This document shows, one piece after another, positions 13,077-26,490 of a DNA stretch of 64,000 nucleotides. The notes under the pieces were generated by a model that worked only from the letters and a program-made list of their open reading frames with translations, was not told the origin of the DNA and did no database searches. The stretch's first letter is position 1; the number at the start of each line of letters is the position of its first letter. Location of the stretch: NCBI RefSeq assembly GCF_000315625.1, contig NW_005434633.1, positions 155,867-219,866 of the forward strand, in the 5' to 3' direction. Both the position numbers and the translations under genes were made by a program. The DNA is from Guillardia theta CCMP2712. Its lineage: Eukaryota; Protista; Cryptophyta.

Positions 13077-16000
13077 TCACTTGGGTCCCTTGCTCTGATA
13101 TATGTACATGTATCCCATCGAGATGGGAGGGTCTTCGGAAAGCGCAACCTTCCCTGCAAGCCGCACGAGGGTCACGAGAGGAGCGAGGGTGAAAATCAAC
13201 TCACTGTCATTGAAAATCGTCCACTTTCCATCCTTCTTGATGTGGCAGACATAGTGCCCACAGGCGGTGTTGCTTCCAATGTGGCTGATGAAACCAACCT
13301 GAAAGACATGGTCAATCGAGGATCGGCCCAGAGGTCAGAGCACTCACAAGGTCGTACTGGGGCTGATAATCTACATTGGAGTCTGTTGGAGGAGGCTGCG
13401 ACGCCTCTTCGACATCCATCGCGTCAAGTTGGTCGACTCTAGACAGCAGCCAGTCGCTGGCTCTTTGGATGTCTCCGCCGGTCTCGCGCAAAGCTCGTTC
13501 CGCATGATGTTTGGCGAAGCCCATGGAGCCTGACACACCAGCATCATACAACGAGACACAAATGGTAACAAGGTCGCACAGAGCATTTCGACGGCATCAG
13601 GATCTACTGCAGCTCCTGACTGCGCTTGGGCGCTAGGCGCCGCGATCGGATCATTGAAGTCTGGATCACCCATGTGCTGCAAGACCCACTCCATGGCGGC
13701 CTCAGCCGAAGTGTTGTTCGTGGCCAGTGCCGCACGCTTGCATCCATTCTCGCCGAAGCCCATATCCACCAACTGACGAACAATGGCTTCATCTGGAACG
13801 GGCCCAGCTGCCGCCGCCGAGCTAGTGGCATCCTCTGGCAACAATTCTTCGCCAGGCTGATGTCCTTTGCTGCGGAGAGACTCGAGGTCCAAGGTCTCAG
13901 GAAGCGTGATCATGGCATCAAGCTTCTTTGGGCGCCAGTCTTCTCCCAGCACGTACCTGTCATCGAAAACTCTCATTGTCATGTTGTATACCATGAGATG
14001 CTAGCTGTACCTTCTCATATGAATACAGAGATACTTGGGGAACCTCTTGATTCGGGTCGACTTTGTAGCGGAACCCTTTGAACCAGTCGCTGGTGAGAGG
14101 TAATCCTCAACGATCACTTCCTTCATGTAGCTCTGCAAGAATCGTGAGCAAAGGTCAATGATCCACATCTAGGCCCATCGCGGGCCTCACAACTTACCGA
14201 GACACAAGCATCGAACGGGATGTTGGCCTTGACTGGTTCTTCCTTGTCGGCTTCAGAGATTTCATTCTTCTGTCGTTTTGCATTTCGCTCCTCATAGGAT
14301 TGAACCTATCGAAGCCCAACATGATCAAGTAGACACTCTCGAAGGACGTAAGTTCTACCTCGTCTTTGTTTGTTGCAGCGTCGAGAGGGATCAACAATGA
14401 TAGCTGCTTCTCCTTTGCCTGAGTATACTTGACCTTCGCAACAAACTTCAAGACTTGTTAATGAGACCTTGAGGGAAATACCTTTCCACTCTGCTTGCAC
14501 TGGAGTCTCTCCTCGATCTCAAACTCAAAAAACTTGGAGATGAGTGGCTCGGATCCTTTCTTGGCTCTCTCGCCCAGCTCTAGTTTTTCAAGCAAATGTT
14601 GGTAATACTCAAAGGCATCTTGCTGATTTCCGGTGCTGAATTCTGGATGTCCTTTGCCAACAAGAAATTTGAACATTTGAGGATTGACGAAGGCTCCTTC
14701 ACTTCCTTCGACAGGCTTGCTGTATTTCTCTGACAGCAAGCCAGTTCCAAGTTTGGCCGTTTGCACCAAGATGTCGTCAGCACTTGCACTCGACGACGTC
14801 GATTGGAAAATTTCAGGAGCCCTAGGTATCAATCAATTGAGCTTTGCTAGAAAGGAATATCTTACTTCTTGTAGAATCGTTCTTGGAAGTCAGGCAGCGA
14901 GAACAAGACCTGGTCCATACAATGACAAACGCACTGTTTCAGCCAAAAACAGCAAACCTGTACAACGCTGTTGACATAGCAGCTATTGCCAAGATTCTTG
15001 AGGCCAACAAATCTGCCAAGCTAACGTTATTCTGTGATATATAGATCGTGTCAGTGTTTCACCCGGGCCCAGAAAGTGTTTGCAATTGCTTTCCAGATTC
15101 ACAAATCTTATCGAAGTCAAACTTGTTGTTCATGTCAATCTCCATCTCGGCAATGGTCTTTTCAGTCTTCTCCATCTACACACAGAAGTAAGTTGTACTC
15201 CTCCACCTCGATCAATCCATTTCGAGAGTGACCTGCATCATGTTAATGCCCCAATGTGAAAGATGCTGAGCAAGTTTGGGATCCTCCACCTGAAAACTGT
15301 GAATCAAGCATGCAACCGTACTACGGACCATACCATATCGTCTTCATCTGCTGCGTAGCTGTACACATCAGCTCCTTTGGCTGTGATCGTGCCGAGCTTC
15401 ACAACCAACGGGAACTCGTTCCCTAGTCTTTTCTGCTCGTAGTAATGGTTGAGCGCAGCACCTGTACAGTCCATCAACTGCCATCAAGGCCCCATACAAG
15501 TGAACCGCACCTGTTCCTCCGGTCATCTGCCCTGTAGCATCCATCTGAGCACGTCCAGAGCCGATGTGCCCATCGGAGAGGTTCAGCCACAAGTTCTCCG
15601 TCATTCCGGATTCTTCGCACTTCCATGTCTTGGGGTCGGGGGAGATCTTCTTGCCGTTGTTGACCTGGACCAGGCTGTCTGCGTACTTGGAGACTTGTCT
15701 CTTGTCCTCCCAGGCCATCACCTGTCCAGAGTCAGCTCTCGACTGAGAGCTTAAAGAACCCGGGGAACCTGCGCTTCGTCCTCCGTGAGGTCACTTGCCT
15801 TAAGGATGCCGTCCACAACCATGGAGATCAGTTCGGGCAGCTGTCACACACGAATCATCTACGGATCCTAAACAATCCAAAGTCAAGTCACCTCCTGGTT
15901 GGGAAGGGGAATCAGTATCCTTTCAGGGAGCAGCGCGAGGAAGTTGGTCTTCTCGTACTCAAACTGCTCCTCGTCGACCTGCAAGAGTGCAGGTTCATTC

Positions 16001-16426
16001 CAGCACCCCTAGCAGCAGGAGATTCAACCTGGAATCCTCCCTCCACTCCGATGGCCATCTTGGTCGGGGCCTCCGCATCCTTAGCCTCCTTGGGCTCTTT
16101 GGGAATTTTCTTCCAGCGCATGTTCAGGTAGAGCGGGAAGTCCGAGCGCGCAAAGTCCAAGTCCACGAAGCTGCTTCCAAACCCCTGGTAGTTCGACAAG
16201 CTGACAAAGAGTCCGTCTGGAGACTCTGGCGTGTCGAAGCTGTAGATACACTCCACCTTCCTAACCCGATCACCATGTCCTGGCACCTAACAAGGAAACT
16301 TTGTCAAGAGACATTCGGCCGCAAAGGCGCACAGGCCATGGCAACCTTGAGAGAGCTCAGGTGTTTCCTGATCTTGGTCAGAATCTCTTCGTTGACCTCC
16401 TTCACTTCGTTCCACGCCTGCTCCAT
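13077..16426 (-). CDS. USP5: Ubiquitin C-terminal hydrolase 5/Ubp14 (isopeptidase T): zf-UBP, USP catalytic domain, two UBA domains; many exons
   Basis: [84 protein letters not shown], His box [30 protein letters not shown], and C-terminal MGYMYIY. Confidence 0.93.
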
Positions 16427-17877
16427 TCCCCCGTCACCCTCCCCTCCTCGCTTGTACATTTCTTACCTGCATTGAGCCGCTTGACGTGTCCTTCTTTTCC
16501 CGACAGGGGTGACCACCCCTCAACTGCATCAATTTTCTCCTGCAATATTTTAAAAGTTCAATAATATTTCAGTCAATTACAATATATAAACTTTAGTTAC
16601 CAACACTTTTCCTATTACCACTTTCCACCACCCTCGCACTACCCCACCCTCTGAATAAAAAAACATGGCAAAGGACAGGTGGCAAGACCTGCTATGGCAG
16701 AGATGTGGAGGCTTAACGAGCGGCATGGCGGCGCCTGAAACATGACAAGCATGAGATGCGGCGAAGATTCTGACAGAATGCGGAGGAACACCGAAGAGAT
16801 GAACTGGTTGAGCACGATTGAACAAGGAGGGAAAGCTGCATCATGAACAACAGGGATTTCTTTACGAAAGTAGGAGGGAGAGGAGAAGGGGGGGGAGGAG
16901 GCGAGGTGCAAACAGCGAAAATGCTGGGCGGGGAGAAGATTTTCTACGGCACAGCATGATCTCACCTAGCATGAATGATCTTCTCCTTCTCCTCCAGCTT
17001 TTCAGGCCTGGGTTCATTTCGTGGAAGAGACGGCCGCTGCGTGATTATCAATTTAGACATTCGGAACGAAGCCATGGTTGCGAAATCAGCCATGAGATTC
17101 TTGATTGTTAATATGTTGTGTCTATGAAAGAGTTGTTGTAAAGTATTGTGATGGAATGAACAAGACATCGAGAAGATGTATGGCAACGTAGTATCATGTG
17201 TTCGTCACCTGCTCGCAAGAGCATTGCCGAAAAGCATCATGAAGATGAGGACTTGGATGGTCAACCATGCTCGAATACCTGGAGACAGAAACCTTCACAC
17301 CCTCCTCACTTCCATGGAGGTTCTCACCCGATACCGTCATCATCGCACCGAACTACTTCACGTGCACCTCTGTTCCTTCATATCGGCCTCCCCCCATGCT
17401 GCAAACAATATATCACACCGTCAGGCTCTGACTTCTTCCTCCCTCTCCTCTCTAGTGTTGTTCCCATTCCTCTCCCCTCTCTTCTCCCACCCTCCCCTAT
17501 CCGATCCACCCATTCCCTCACCTCCGCCTCCACTGGTCGCTTCCTTTCACCCTCCTCCCCCTACTGCCCCCCACAAGAAATTTCCGGCTGAATTTCCCGC
17601 CATCCATGCATCGCAGCATCCTCCGTCCTCCGTCCTCCCGCCGCTGAACCCTATCCTGCTACCTTCTCCTCGTCGCTCCTCGTCGTCGCTCCTCCTCCTC
17701 GTCGCTCCTTCGCTGTCGCTGTCCTCCATCCTCCTACTCCTTGCATTCGCTTCCCCGAATCAAGAACTTGTGCCCCGGTCTCGTCGCGTCCGTCCAACCA
17801 CCCAGTTAGCGTGAGAGACACGTGTTTCGCGGTACAAGGCCGCATGTTCAGTCTGATGGTTGTTGGTAGGATCTACC

Positions 17878-18783
17878 ATGGGGCTCCTCACCATCTTGAA
17901 GAAAGTGCGGCAGAAGGAGAGGGAGATGAGGATATTGATGGTGTAAGACACTGATCTGTTTCTGCTCCCTCCCTTCGTTGATGTTCATGATTGCGTGCAG
18001 TGGGCTGGACAATGCCGGAAAGACGACTATCGTCAAGAAGTTCAATGGCGAAGATATTGACGTTGTCAGCCCAACGGTGAACTAGAGATCGTGAAGCACT
18101 TTCCTTGCTAATCGAAATCGATGTTCAGCTTGGTTTCAACATCAAGACCATGGACTACGATGGGTCGGAAGGAGGGATCCTTGTCTTGTCCGATTCTGAT
18201 TGTGACGTGTACAGTTACAAGCTCAACGTTTGGGATGTAGGTGGGCAGAAGACGTTGAGGAGTTATTGGAGGAACTACTTCGAGGTGCGATATCATACGT
18301 GTTTGAGTAGCAGCGTGACTGGTTACAGGCGACCGACGGTCTCATCTGGGTGGTTGACAGTGCTGACACTCGTCGTCTGAATGATTGTGCTGAAGAGCTA
18401 CAGAACCTGCTAGTTCAGGAGGCAATGACCTGTCGATGCAAGCTGCTCTGCTCTGACTCCGCGCGAGCAGAAACTCGCCGGGGCTTCACTGCTCGTGTTT
18501 GCAAACAAGAAGGATTTGCCGGGAGCAAACTCCAAGGAAGAGATTCAGCAGGTAAGTGGCTTCTTCGATCCTGGCTTGTCTTTACGACATCACACACTTG
18601 CAAGGTGCTGAAGTTGGACGACGTCACAAATCGACATTGGAGCATACAAGACTGTTCGGCTGTCACTGGATCAGGATTGGTCAGATGAGAATGCTCTCTG
18701 TATTGTACTGATTGTTGCAAAAGGTTGAAGGAGTGGACTGGATTGTGAAGGACATTGCAAGTCGCATCTACATGCTTGATTAA
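17878..18783 (+). CDS. ARL2: ADP-ribosylation factor-like GTPase ARL2 (multi-exon)
   Basis: [21 protein letters not shown]|[40 protein letters not shown]|[51 protein letters not shown]. Confidence 0.96.
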
Positions 18784-19226
18784 CATGGAGGTTGGGAGGA
18801 GTTTCCTTCCATGTAGCGTTCTGTTCCATTGCATACATGCCACTGTTGAACCGATTCTCGCTTCAGTATCAACAATCTGATATTCAAACTTCTCATCATG
18901 TTCCTGTCTAGATGTCTCCAACTCCCCTCACTATTTCTTCTCCTCCCCTCCCTCATTAGTTCTTCTGTCCCTCTCCCCTTCTCACCTCTGCTCTTTCCAT
19001 TTTTACCCCATTCGACACTCGCAAACACAACTTGCTCTCACATCATCTTTTCAACCTCCATGACAGTATCTGGTGATTCACGGATATTCCCTGAAACTGA
19101 ATCGCCAATGTCTGGAGATTTCTTCCTTGATTGTACAGCAAGCAGTATCTCAGTACAGTGGGATGATTTAAACCAAAATTCAGTTCAGCAGGACGCGTTG
19201 ATATTTACAGACTCATCCTTGCAAGT

Positions 19227-20998
19227 TTAAATGGCCTCAGCCTCATTCTCCCTGAATCTCATCCGCTGTCTCCACGTCTATCAGTGATGTCAGAAGAGCT
19301 CGCAAGACCAACGACTGCGGGCAGGCAGGAAGGCAGGCAGGCAGGCAGGAAGAAACCCAAGGAAGGAAGAAGCTCACCGATCACGTTGGTGAAGAGAAGG
19401 AAAGCGACCTGACAAGTTTCTAAGCTCAGATTCGAACTCTTCTCACATCTCCACTCACTGTCACAACAACTCCAAGAGCAATGAAGTCTCTCGTTCTCCG
19501 GCGAACAGCCTGGCAACCAACGATGACTCATCAAACATGCCCAACGAGGGTCTGTACCTTCTCCTGCGTTGACAACTGAGACTTGGCACTCTTTGGATTG
19601 GCATTGGCAGCATCCGCCTGTCCAGCATGAGGTCGCAGCTTTTAAGACAAGAACTTACAGCTTCAAGCTCGGCAGGGTCTGGAGGAGGAATCCGAGGCAT
19701 GCTCATGTAACCCTTTCTAATCCTGTCTACGAAACCGCACAAGTTTTGATACTTTCGCAGCTGCTTCTTCAGCCTGGCTTCAACCATGGGGGCATACCTG
19801 GAGCAAGAACAGTCAGCGCAAGGTCCCAGCCTTTGATCACAAGTGACAGTTGTGGCGCGAGGTGCCCGAAGACAACAGCGTCCAACGACGTCGGAGTGCT
19901 CCCGAAGAAAAACATTTGATCCCTTTGATGCAACGTGCTCAGCTATTGTCTTGATGACTTTGCAGTCTCTCACCCTAAGAATGACGACAACGCGCTGTAG
20001 CAAGCATCGGCCTGGCAAGAATGTCACTGGGGCTATGAACGCCTATCATGATCTCCATACTCTCTTATACAGTGCTTCCACGTCCTCGTGAACGCTGAAG
20101 AAAAGCAGCTCAATTCATTGTTTGCAGGTTTGACAATGCCCCCCACCTAAGCTTGTTCTTCATCCTCCCCTTGACTTGCCACGGCAAGATAACAGTAGCA
20201 GGAAACGTGGCTGATTCCGTATACAGCGGTCTTGTGACCTAGGGGGCAATCGTCAAACGACCGAGATAATGTGCTGAGATGGGAAAGCCAGCTCACATTG
20301 AACCAGTTATCGTCCGACATGTACCACTCGTGCAACTGAAAGCATGACGTCAGCCCATCTCTTTGGCTGGCAGTGAGATACCATGGCAGGTAGGAGGCAG
20401 TCTTCGATCATGGAGCTGAACGCGAACACCTGCGCTCTCTGCTTCTCTTGCAGCGGTTGGTCGATATCTGTGACCTGTAGCCCACAAGTTACCAGTCACC
20501 ATGTTCCTCCCTTCCACGCTTTCACGTCGTTCCGCAGCGTCTCAACAATTTCATCAGCCCCATTCACTATCTGGTAAGGGTGGAAGAAGCATCAGAGGGC
20601 AGGGCAACAAGGCTGTAATGTTCACCTTGCCCGACACGTCTGCCACGGGCGTTTCTGCATGCAGCCTTTCAGAGAGAGGAAAGAGTGCGCCTGAGCTCGA
20701 GCCACTTACCGAAGTTGGGATCTGCCATGGACGATGGCGATGTTTGAACGTTCTGAAAATCGATCGCAGCTAGCTGTTCACAATCAAGATCAGTCTCGAG
20801 CGCATGGCTGCATCGAGACTGTCTACCTTGCAGTATGCATACGCCTTGAGGAAGTTCGGGTGGAACGTTGGGAGGCCCCAGGTGGGTGGCAAGGAGTACA
20901 GAGTTACCTTTTTCGGCATGTCCTGCATTTCGAGCAGAGGGAAGCGACATGTCAGCTGATATCAATAATCTGCTCTATTCAAGATGATACTCTCCCAT
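19227..20998 (-). CDS. Metaxin-like mitochondrial outer-membrane import protein (GST-like fold, C-terminal TM); fragmented into many exons
   Basis: Manual translation gives LYSLPPTWGLPTFHPNFLKAYAYCK, AFSSMIEDCLLPAM|LHEWY, FFFGSTPTSLDAVVFGHL, LKKQLRKYQNLCGFVDRI and TM FIALGVVVT|VAFLLF. Confidence 0.78.
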
Positions 20999-21578
20999 CC
21001 TCTCTCCGATCTTTCACCTGCACTCGATGCTGTATGCTACACTCCTCTGCTCCGCTTCTCTCCTCTTCCACCTTCCTCTCCCTTTCTTCCTCCCCTACTC
21101 CTCCTCTCCCTCCTCCTCTCCCTCCCTCCCTCCCTCCCTCCCTCCTCCTCCTCCTCCTCTGTCTTCCATCCTCTTCCTGCCTTCCTCCTCCTCCTCCTCC
21201 TCCTCCTCTCCTCTCCCTCTCCTCTCCTCTCCTCCCTCCCTCCCTCCCTCCCTCTGTCCCGCTACCCTGGTTCATCAGAAAGAGGGATCCATGCCCCTTG
21301 CCCCTCATCCCCAACCACGTTATCATCACCCTCATACCCACTAATCTTCGTCTCAACGGAAATCCCTACGGAATGCTTCGGTTAGGGACATGGGCAGGAA
21401 GGTGGAGGCAGGAAGGGCGAGGATAGCATGCGGGAGTCGGCGCCAACAGCAGCAGAGGACGCTTGACAGCTCTGCCAGAGGAGGCAGGAGTCGGGGTAGA
21501 AGAGCAGCAGGCAAGGAGTCGAGGTAGAGGCGCAGCAAGGAATTTGGGGAGCAGCAGTCTCTACACTGGACATAAGGC

Positions 21579-22877
21579 ATGGTGGTCGAGTTGCCTGCGT
21601 TCGCTACGACGCAGGTCCGAGGGGTTGGCTCGTTCCCCAAGACCATCATGGAAGGGACCGTGAAGCCTACGACCATGAACGGGACGACGAAGAAGCTCGA
21701 GATGGGCTACACGGGGATCTACAGCGGATGCCGACCTGACACCTGCAGTCGCTACGAGGCTGCTCACCCGCCCATGAGGAACACTCTGCTGGGAGAGAGC
21801 TGGGCCAACCTACCCGTCCACACCTTCCTGTGGAAGAACACCAGGACTGAGCTGATCAACCAGATCGATCACCCGCACAGGGGAGGACGGATGGATCCGA
21901 GGCAGGACCTGACCAAGAAGAAGCAGTACTCCTGCTTCACCATCACCACTTCCGGCAAGCGCAAGCTCCAGACCCAGTCTCACACTGGATCCAGCTACCA
22001 CGGCCTCATGTTCTCAGTCCGTGCTGAGCACCGGCCGCTCAGGATTACTAAGTTGCACATGGCGTGTGGTGGTAACCCCCGCCGAGAGCTCTACCGTGTG
22101 TACGTCAAGAAGGGTATGGTTCTTGACGGCTTCATGGACGCGTCGAGCTGGCAGGAGGTCGCAGCGGGGGAGGCGGAGCTACCGTGCTCTAAGGCCCTGT
22201 ACGGTCTCGTCCCGTTCCCAGAGGAGGGAGTTCGGGTCCAGCCGGGGGAGGTGATGTCCTTATATGTCCACTGCCCTTACAATCAGCAAGGGGTTTGCTT
22301 CAGAAAGTTCGCGCGATCATGGCCGGGCTACCCCCGAGCTGATGCTGTGACGGACGGGAACAAGGACCTGAGGTTGGAACGTCCTCTCCCTCCGTCCCTT
22401 CCTCCTCTCCTCTCCTCTCCTCTCCTCTCCTCTCCTCTCCTCTCCTCTCCTCTCCTCTCCTCTCCTCTCCTCTCCTCTCCTCTCCTCTCCTCTCCTCTCC
22501 TCTCCTCTCCTCTCCTCTCCTCTCCTCTCCTCTCCTGACTGGGGCATTTCAGTATCTTGGTTGCCCGCGCAACGTATAGTCAAACTCCATTCGAACGGCT
22601 GTCCAAGGATGGATATGCATTTGCAGGTCTGTCACTGAGATACCAAAGAGAAAGAAAACGAATTGATGATGGTGCTGGTATTCAAGGGGAAGAATGCTTG
22701 TATGATGCAAACAGAGAGGAAGAGGAGGGAGAGGTAGAGGGAGAGGGAGAGGGAGAAGGAGAGGGAGAGGGAGGGGGAGGGGGAGAGGGAGGGGGAAGTG
22801 AACAAGAATTTTGTGAGACGGCGAAGCTGTTGTTGTTGAAGAATGAGGCACCAGATTAGAAGCTGGTGGAGTACTGA
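21579..22877 (+). CDS. Hypothetical protein with a probable C-terminal beta-sandwich domain; 3' end approximate
   Basis: Open coding-like frame 21579-22372, then an intron containing (CTCTC)n, then exon SILVARATYSQTPFERLSKDGYAFAG. Confidence 0.6.
22405..22536 (+). repeat. (CTCTC)n pentanucleotide microsatellite, intronic
   Basis: Perfect CTCTC tandem array lying between a gt donor (~22373) and an ag acceptor (~22551). Confidence 0.95.
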
Positions 22878-23191
22878 TGGTGATATTCCTGATGGTGATA
22901 TTCCAGGCATCATCGAGTATGATTTCATCGGGACCAAGAGCATGTTCCAGACAGCAACAGCGGCGCTGGATCAGACAAAGCAAAATCCACTAGCGAACAA
23001 GTGATCGCAATGGGAATAGGTTCATGATTGTGGTTGTGAAATTTCAGTGAAATGGGAAGAAATTTGCAATTAGTCCCAACAGAATTCATTTCGGCAACAG
23101 TTTTCATCTCGAGTTTCATTCTCACTTTACAAGATACATCACTTCATCATCACAAATAACAACAACAATCACAACCCAAGGATCCTATCAT

Positions 23192-25505
23192 CTACACCGG
23201 CGAGCGCGTGTTGCCCATCTCAATCGCCTCCATCTCCTCCTGAGCAAGTTTGTGCGACGTTACAAGCGCGTCGTTCTCATCATCCACCGCCCGTCTGAAC
23301 ATCTTCCATGACATCAAGCTCTTCATCCTCGTCTGTATCGTCGAAGTCTGCGGATGCTCTGCCGAGCTGCCGAAGACATGGAGGATGAGAGCGAGGAGGA
23401 GGATGCCGATGGGGAGGAGCATTGACGCTACGATGGCAGAGGAGGAGGAGGAGATGAGGCAAAGGAGGAGACTGATCAGCCCAACAACGCAAGCGTACGG
23501 TCCTTGTGTGCGCACGTGCTGCATCAGGTCACAAGAGGAGCAGAGGGAGGATAGGATGGTGGTGTCGGAGATGGGAGAGACGTGGTCGCCGAACATGCTC
23601 CCTGAGATGATGGCGCCGAGGGTAGCCAGCAGGCTGTCGTTGGCCCGCACGGGACCGTCGCCGTCATGCGCGACAGTGAGAGGGAGAGCGATGGGAAACA
23701 TCAGCACCATCGTACCCCATGACGACCCTGACGCCACGCTGACGAAGGCAGAGATGAGCATGGCGGCAGGAGGGAGGAGGTTGATGGGGAAGGAAGGGCC
23801 GAAGGCGGAGGAGACGTAGGAGCCCACGTGCAGTACCGTCGACATGTTGCCGATGCCCCAGGCGAAGACGAGCGTCAAGAAGCCGACGGTGATGGAGCGG
23901 ATACCTGCGACCCATGCCGCCATGCACTGCTCGAGGGTGAGGAGGCGCTGGCCGATGGTGAGAAGGATCGCCATGGCGTCTGCCAGCAGGCTCGACCAGA
24001 TCAGAACTTTCGTCGTCTCAGCGTGCGAGAGGATCTCAACAGCCGACGGCGGGGCTGCTGCGTCTCCTAACGCCTGGTAGTATCGGCTGACTCCTGAGCT
24101 GATAATCCCTGAGGCCATGGCGACGAGCATGGAGAGGATGGGGATGAGGGCGTTGATGGCCCGGGGAGGCGTGTCAGGGTCTGGCTCCATGTCAGGCTCT
24201 GATCCCAAGTTGCTGTCAACCAGATCAGCCGCCTTGTCCACCGTCTTTGCTCCGAACTTCTTCCTTGCGTGCTGTTCCGCCACGAGCATCGGCCCAAAGT
24301 CCTTCCCCATTGCCGCGACCAGCATCGCCATGCTCATGGCCAGGATAGGGTAGAAGCTGTAAGGGATGGCTCCGATGAGGATAGAGAAGACGTCGTCTGA
24401 AATATTCATCTGCTGCAGCAGCTGCTGAGCAACACTGAGCTTGAACCCGATCCACGTGCTAAGGATTGATACGGAGGCAACGGGGGCAGCGGTGGAGTCC
24501 ACAAAGAACGCGAGCTTCTCTCTGCTCACTCCACACGCATCAGTCACCGGCCTCATCGTTGGGCCAACAATCAGGATGCTGCTGTAATCGTCGAAGAAGA
24601 CCAGGTACCCCACCAGCACAGCTATCATCTACCGCAAGTCATGTCAACTTCCTCTGCCCCTCTTTGCTTCCAGTACCTGAGCCCTTCTCGCGGAAGTCGC
24701 GTACTGCACGAAGACTTTGCCCAGCCCGAGAGCTCCACCATTGCGAGAGATCACACCCACAAGACCCGCCATGAACCAGGTGAAGAGCAAGAGGCCTTGG
24801 TCTGCCCCTTGCAGAGCATCGTAGAGGAACGTGTCTCCTGCCCGAAGGAACCCTGCGGGGCCAGTCACGGCAACAGACGTCTGCGAGGCTGAGGAGAGGG
24901 GAGGACGTACCTTCGAACGGGTTGTACGCACTGATCAAGGTCCCTCCGACAATCAACCCTGTGAACAACGCAAAGCAGACATTCTGACTGAGGATGGCAG
25001 AAAGTACGATGACAACAGAAGGGAGGAGGCAGAGAGCTCCAGGGATGGAGGGGACACTCTCGATGACCTCTGAGAACATCTCTCTTCGATGAAGGATGCC
25101 TGATCGCTCCTCCTCCTCAACCACGTTCAGACGGAAGTCCACAAAACCACTCGATGTTGTTCGGAAAGGAATTGAGGATTCGATGAAGGCAAGCCCGTTC
25201 ACGTCAAGAGGCATTCTGTTCGCTTCGGTGTAAGAGCACTCCCTCAAGGATTTGGAAGTTGTGTTGGCGGCCGAGCAGTTCTCCAGCATCACAACCTCTG
25301 CGAACATCCTTTTACTGCTCGTTCCACTCGAATTTGAGCAGAACATCGAAAAGTGAATGCGCGACCGGATCTCAGTCAGCACAATCTTCGGCGTCGATGT
25401 CACATGAAACAAAGTGCATGAGACACCGGAGGCTGTACACTCTGTTGCGGACGAGATGAAGACAACGAGCAAAGCAAGCACGCAGTATCGACTTCCTGTC
25501 CTCAT
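23192..25505 (-). CDS. Na+/H+ antiporter NhaC-family (ion transporter superfamily) protein with N-terminal signal peptide and soluble extension
   Basis: FFDDYSSILIVGPTMRPVTD...SREKLAFFVDSTAAPVAS, ASGSSWGTM and SGSMFGDHVSPISDTTILSSLCSSCDLMQHVRTQGPY are NhaC motifs. Two short introns near 24630-24675 and 24852-24910. Confidence 0.88.
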
Positions 25506-25850
25506 CGCAGATAGCTTTCACCCTGAAAGTGGAGGAGAAAACCTGAGCGCCCTTCCTGCTCCTCCTCTCCCTGCAGTCCCTGCTCCTCTTGCTCCTCCTC
25601 CTCCTTCCCTTCCTCCTCCTCCTCCTCCTCTCCGTCCTCTCATCGCTGTCTCATCTTGCCCCTTGTTCGCCCCTCCCCCTGCCTTGCATGTGCTACTCAA
25701 ATCAGCTACACCTAAATCCACGGAACCACGAAAGATGGCTGACCACAGAGCATTCGCCGCATATGCCATGGCCTGAAGCGAGCAAGGCTTGCGTTGCGAC
25801 CGATGCCTCCTTCATGCAGGAGAGGCTGTCGTGAAGGAGCAGCAGAAGAA

Positions 25851-25886
<36 letters not shown>

Positions 25887-25928
25887 AGAGGGATGCTATC
25901 CCCATGCAGGAGGACTGGAAGGCAAGAT

Positions 25929-26490
25929 TTAGACGAGATTCCGCAAACAGCTCCGAACAAAGTTCAGCTCATTGTGAGGAAAAGGTCTATGGCCACCAGA
26001 AGGAGCATGACGAGATCAGATAAAATTTCGGTTTGAACACGCAGGGGGTTCGTGATAGAAGAAGGACCCTTGCCCTTCAGCACACTACTTATTGGATACA
26101 GTTCGCCCCCCTGCTGACCACTACGTCCTTTCGTCGTTCTTGCTGGGACCGTGGGAGAATGATGCGCTTTTAGGGAGCCATGAATTGCTGCATCCCACTT
26201 GTGTTCTTCTCGCATCTTGTACTTGTCTGAGATGTGCTGGTTCACCGTTGGATTCGAACTCATTGCATGATTGTGCTTACTAGAAAAACTTCTACTTGCA
26301 ACGTTGTCATCGCTCCTTGTTTGGTCGATGTAGCAGCTTCTTTGTTTTCCATCTTTCTCAGTGTGTATGCTCTTGTAGCCCACAAAAGGATACACGGCAG
26401 TTCTCTATCTATCGCACGCTAATTACAATCCCACTGACTTCGTTCCTGTGATATGGTCGAAAGTTTTGACTGATTTTCCTTTGAACAGTC
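25929..26490 (-). CDS. Small hypothetical protein (spliced; start uncertain)
   Basis: Coding-like frame ...YPFVGYKSIHTEKDGK...SDKYKMREEHKWDAAIHGS...; probable last exon PFPHNELNFVRSCLRNLV*. Confidence 0.35.

Noticed and set aside
22373-22551. (LSSPL)n C-terminus of ORF 21579-22538
   Set aside because: Read-through into an intron containing (CTCTC)n; splicing restores a normal frame.
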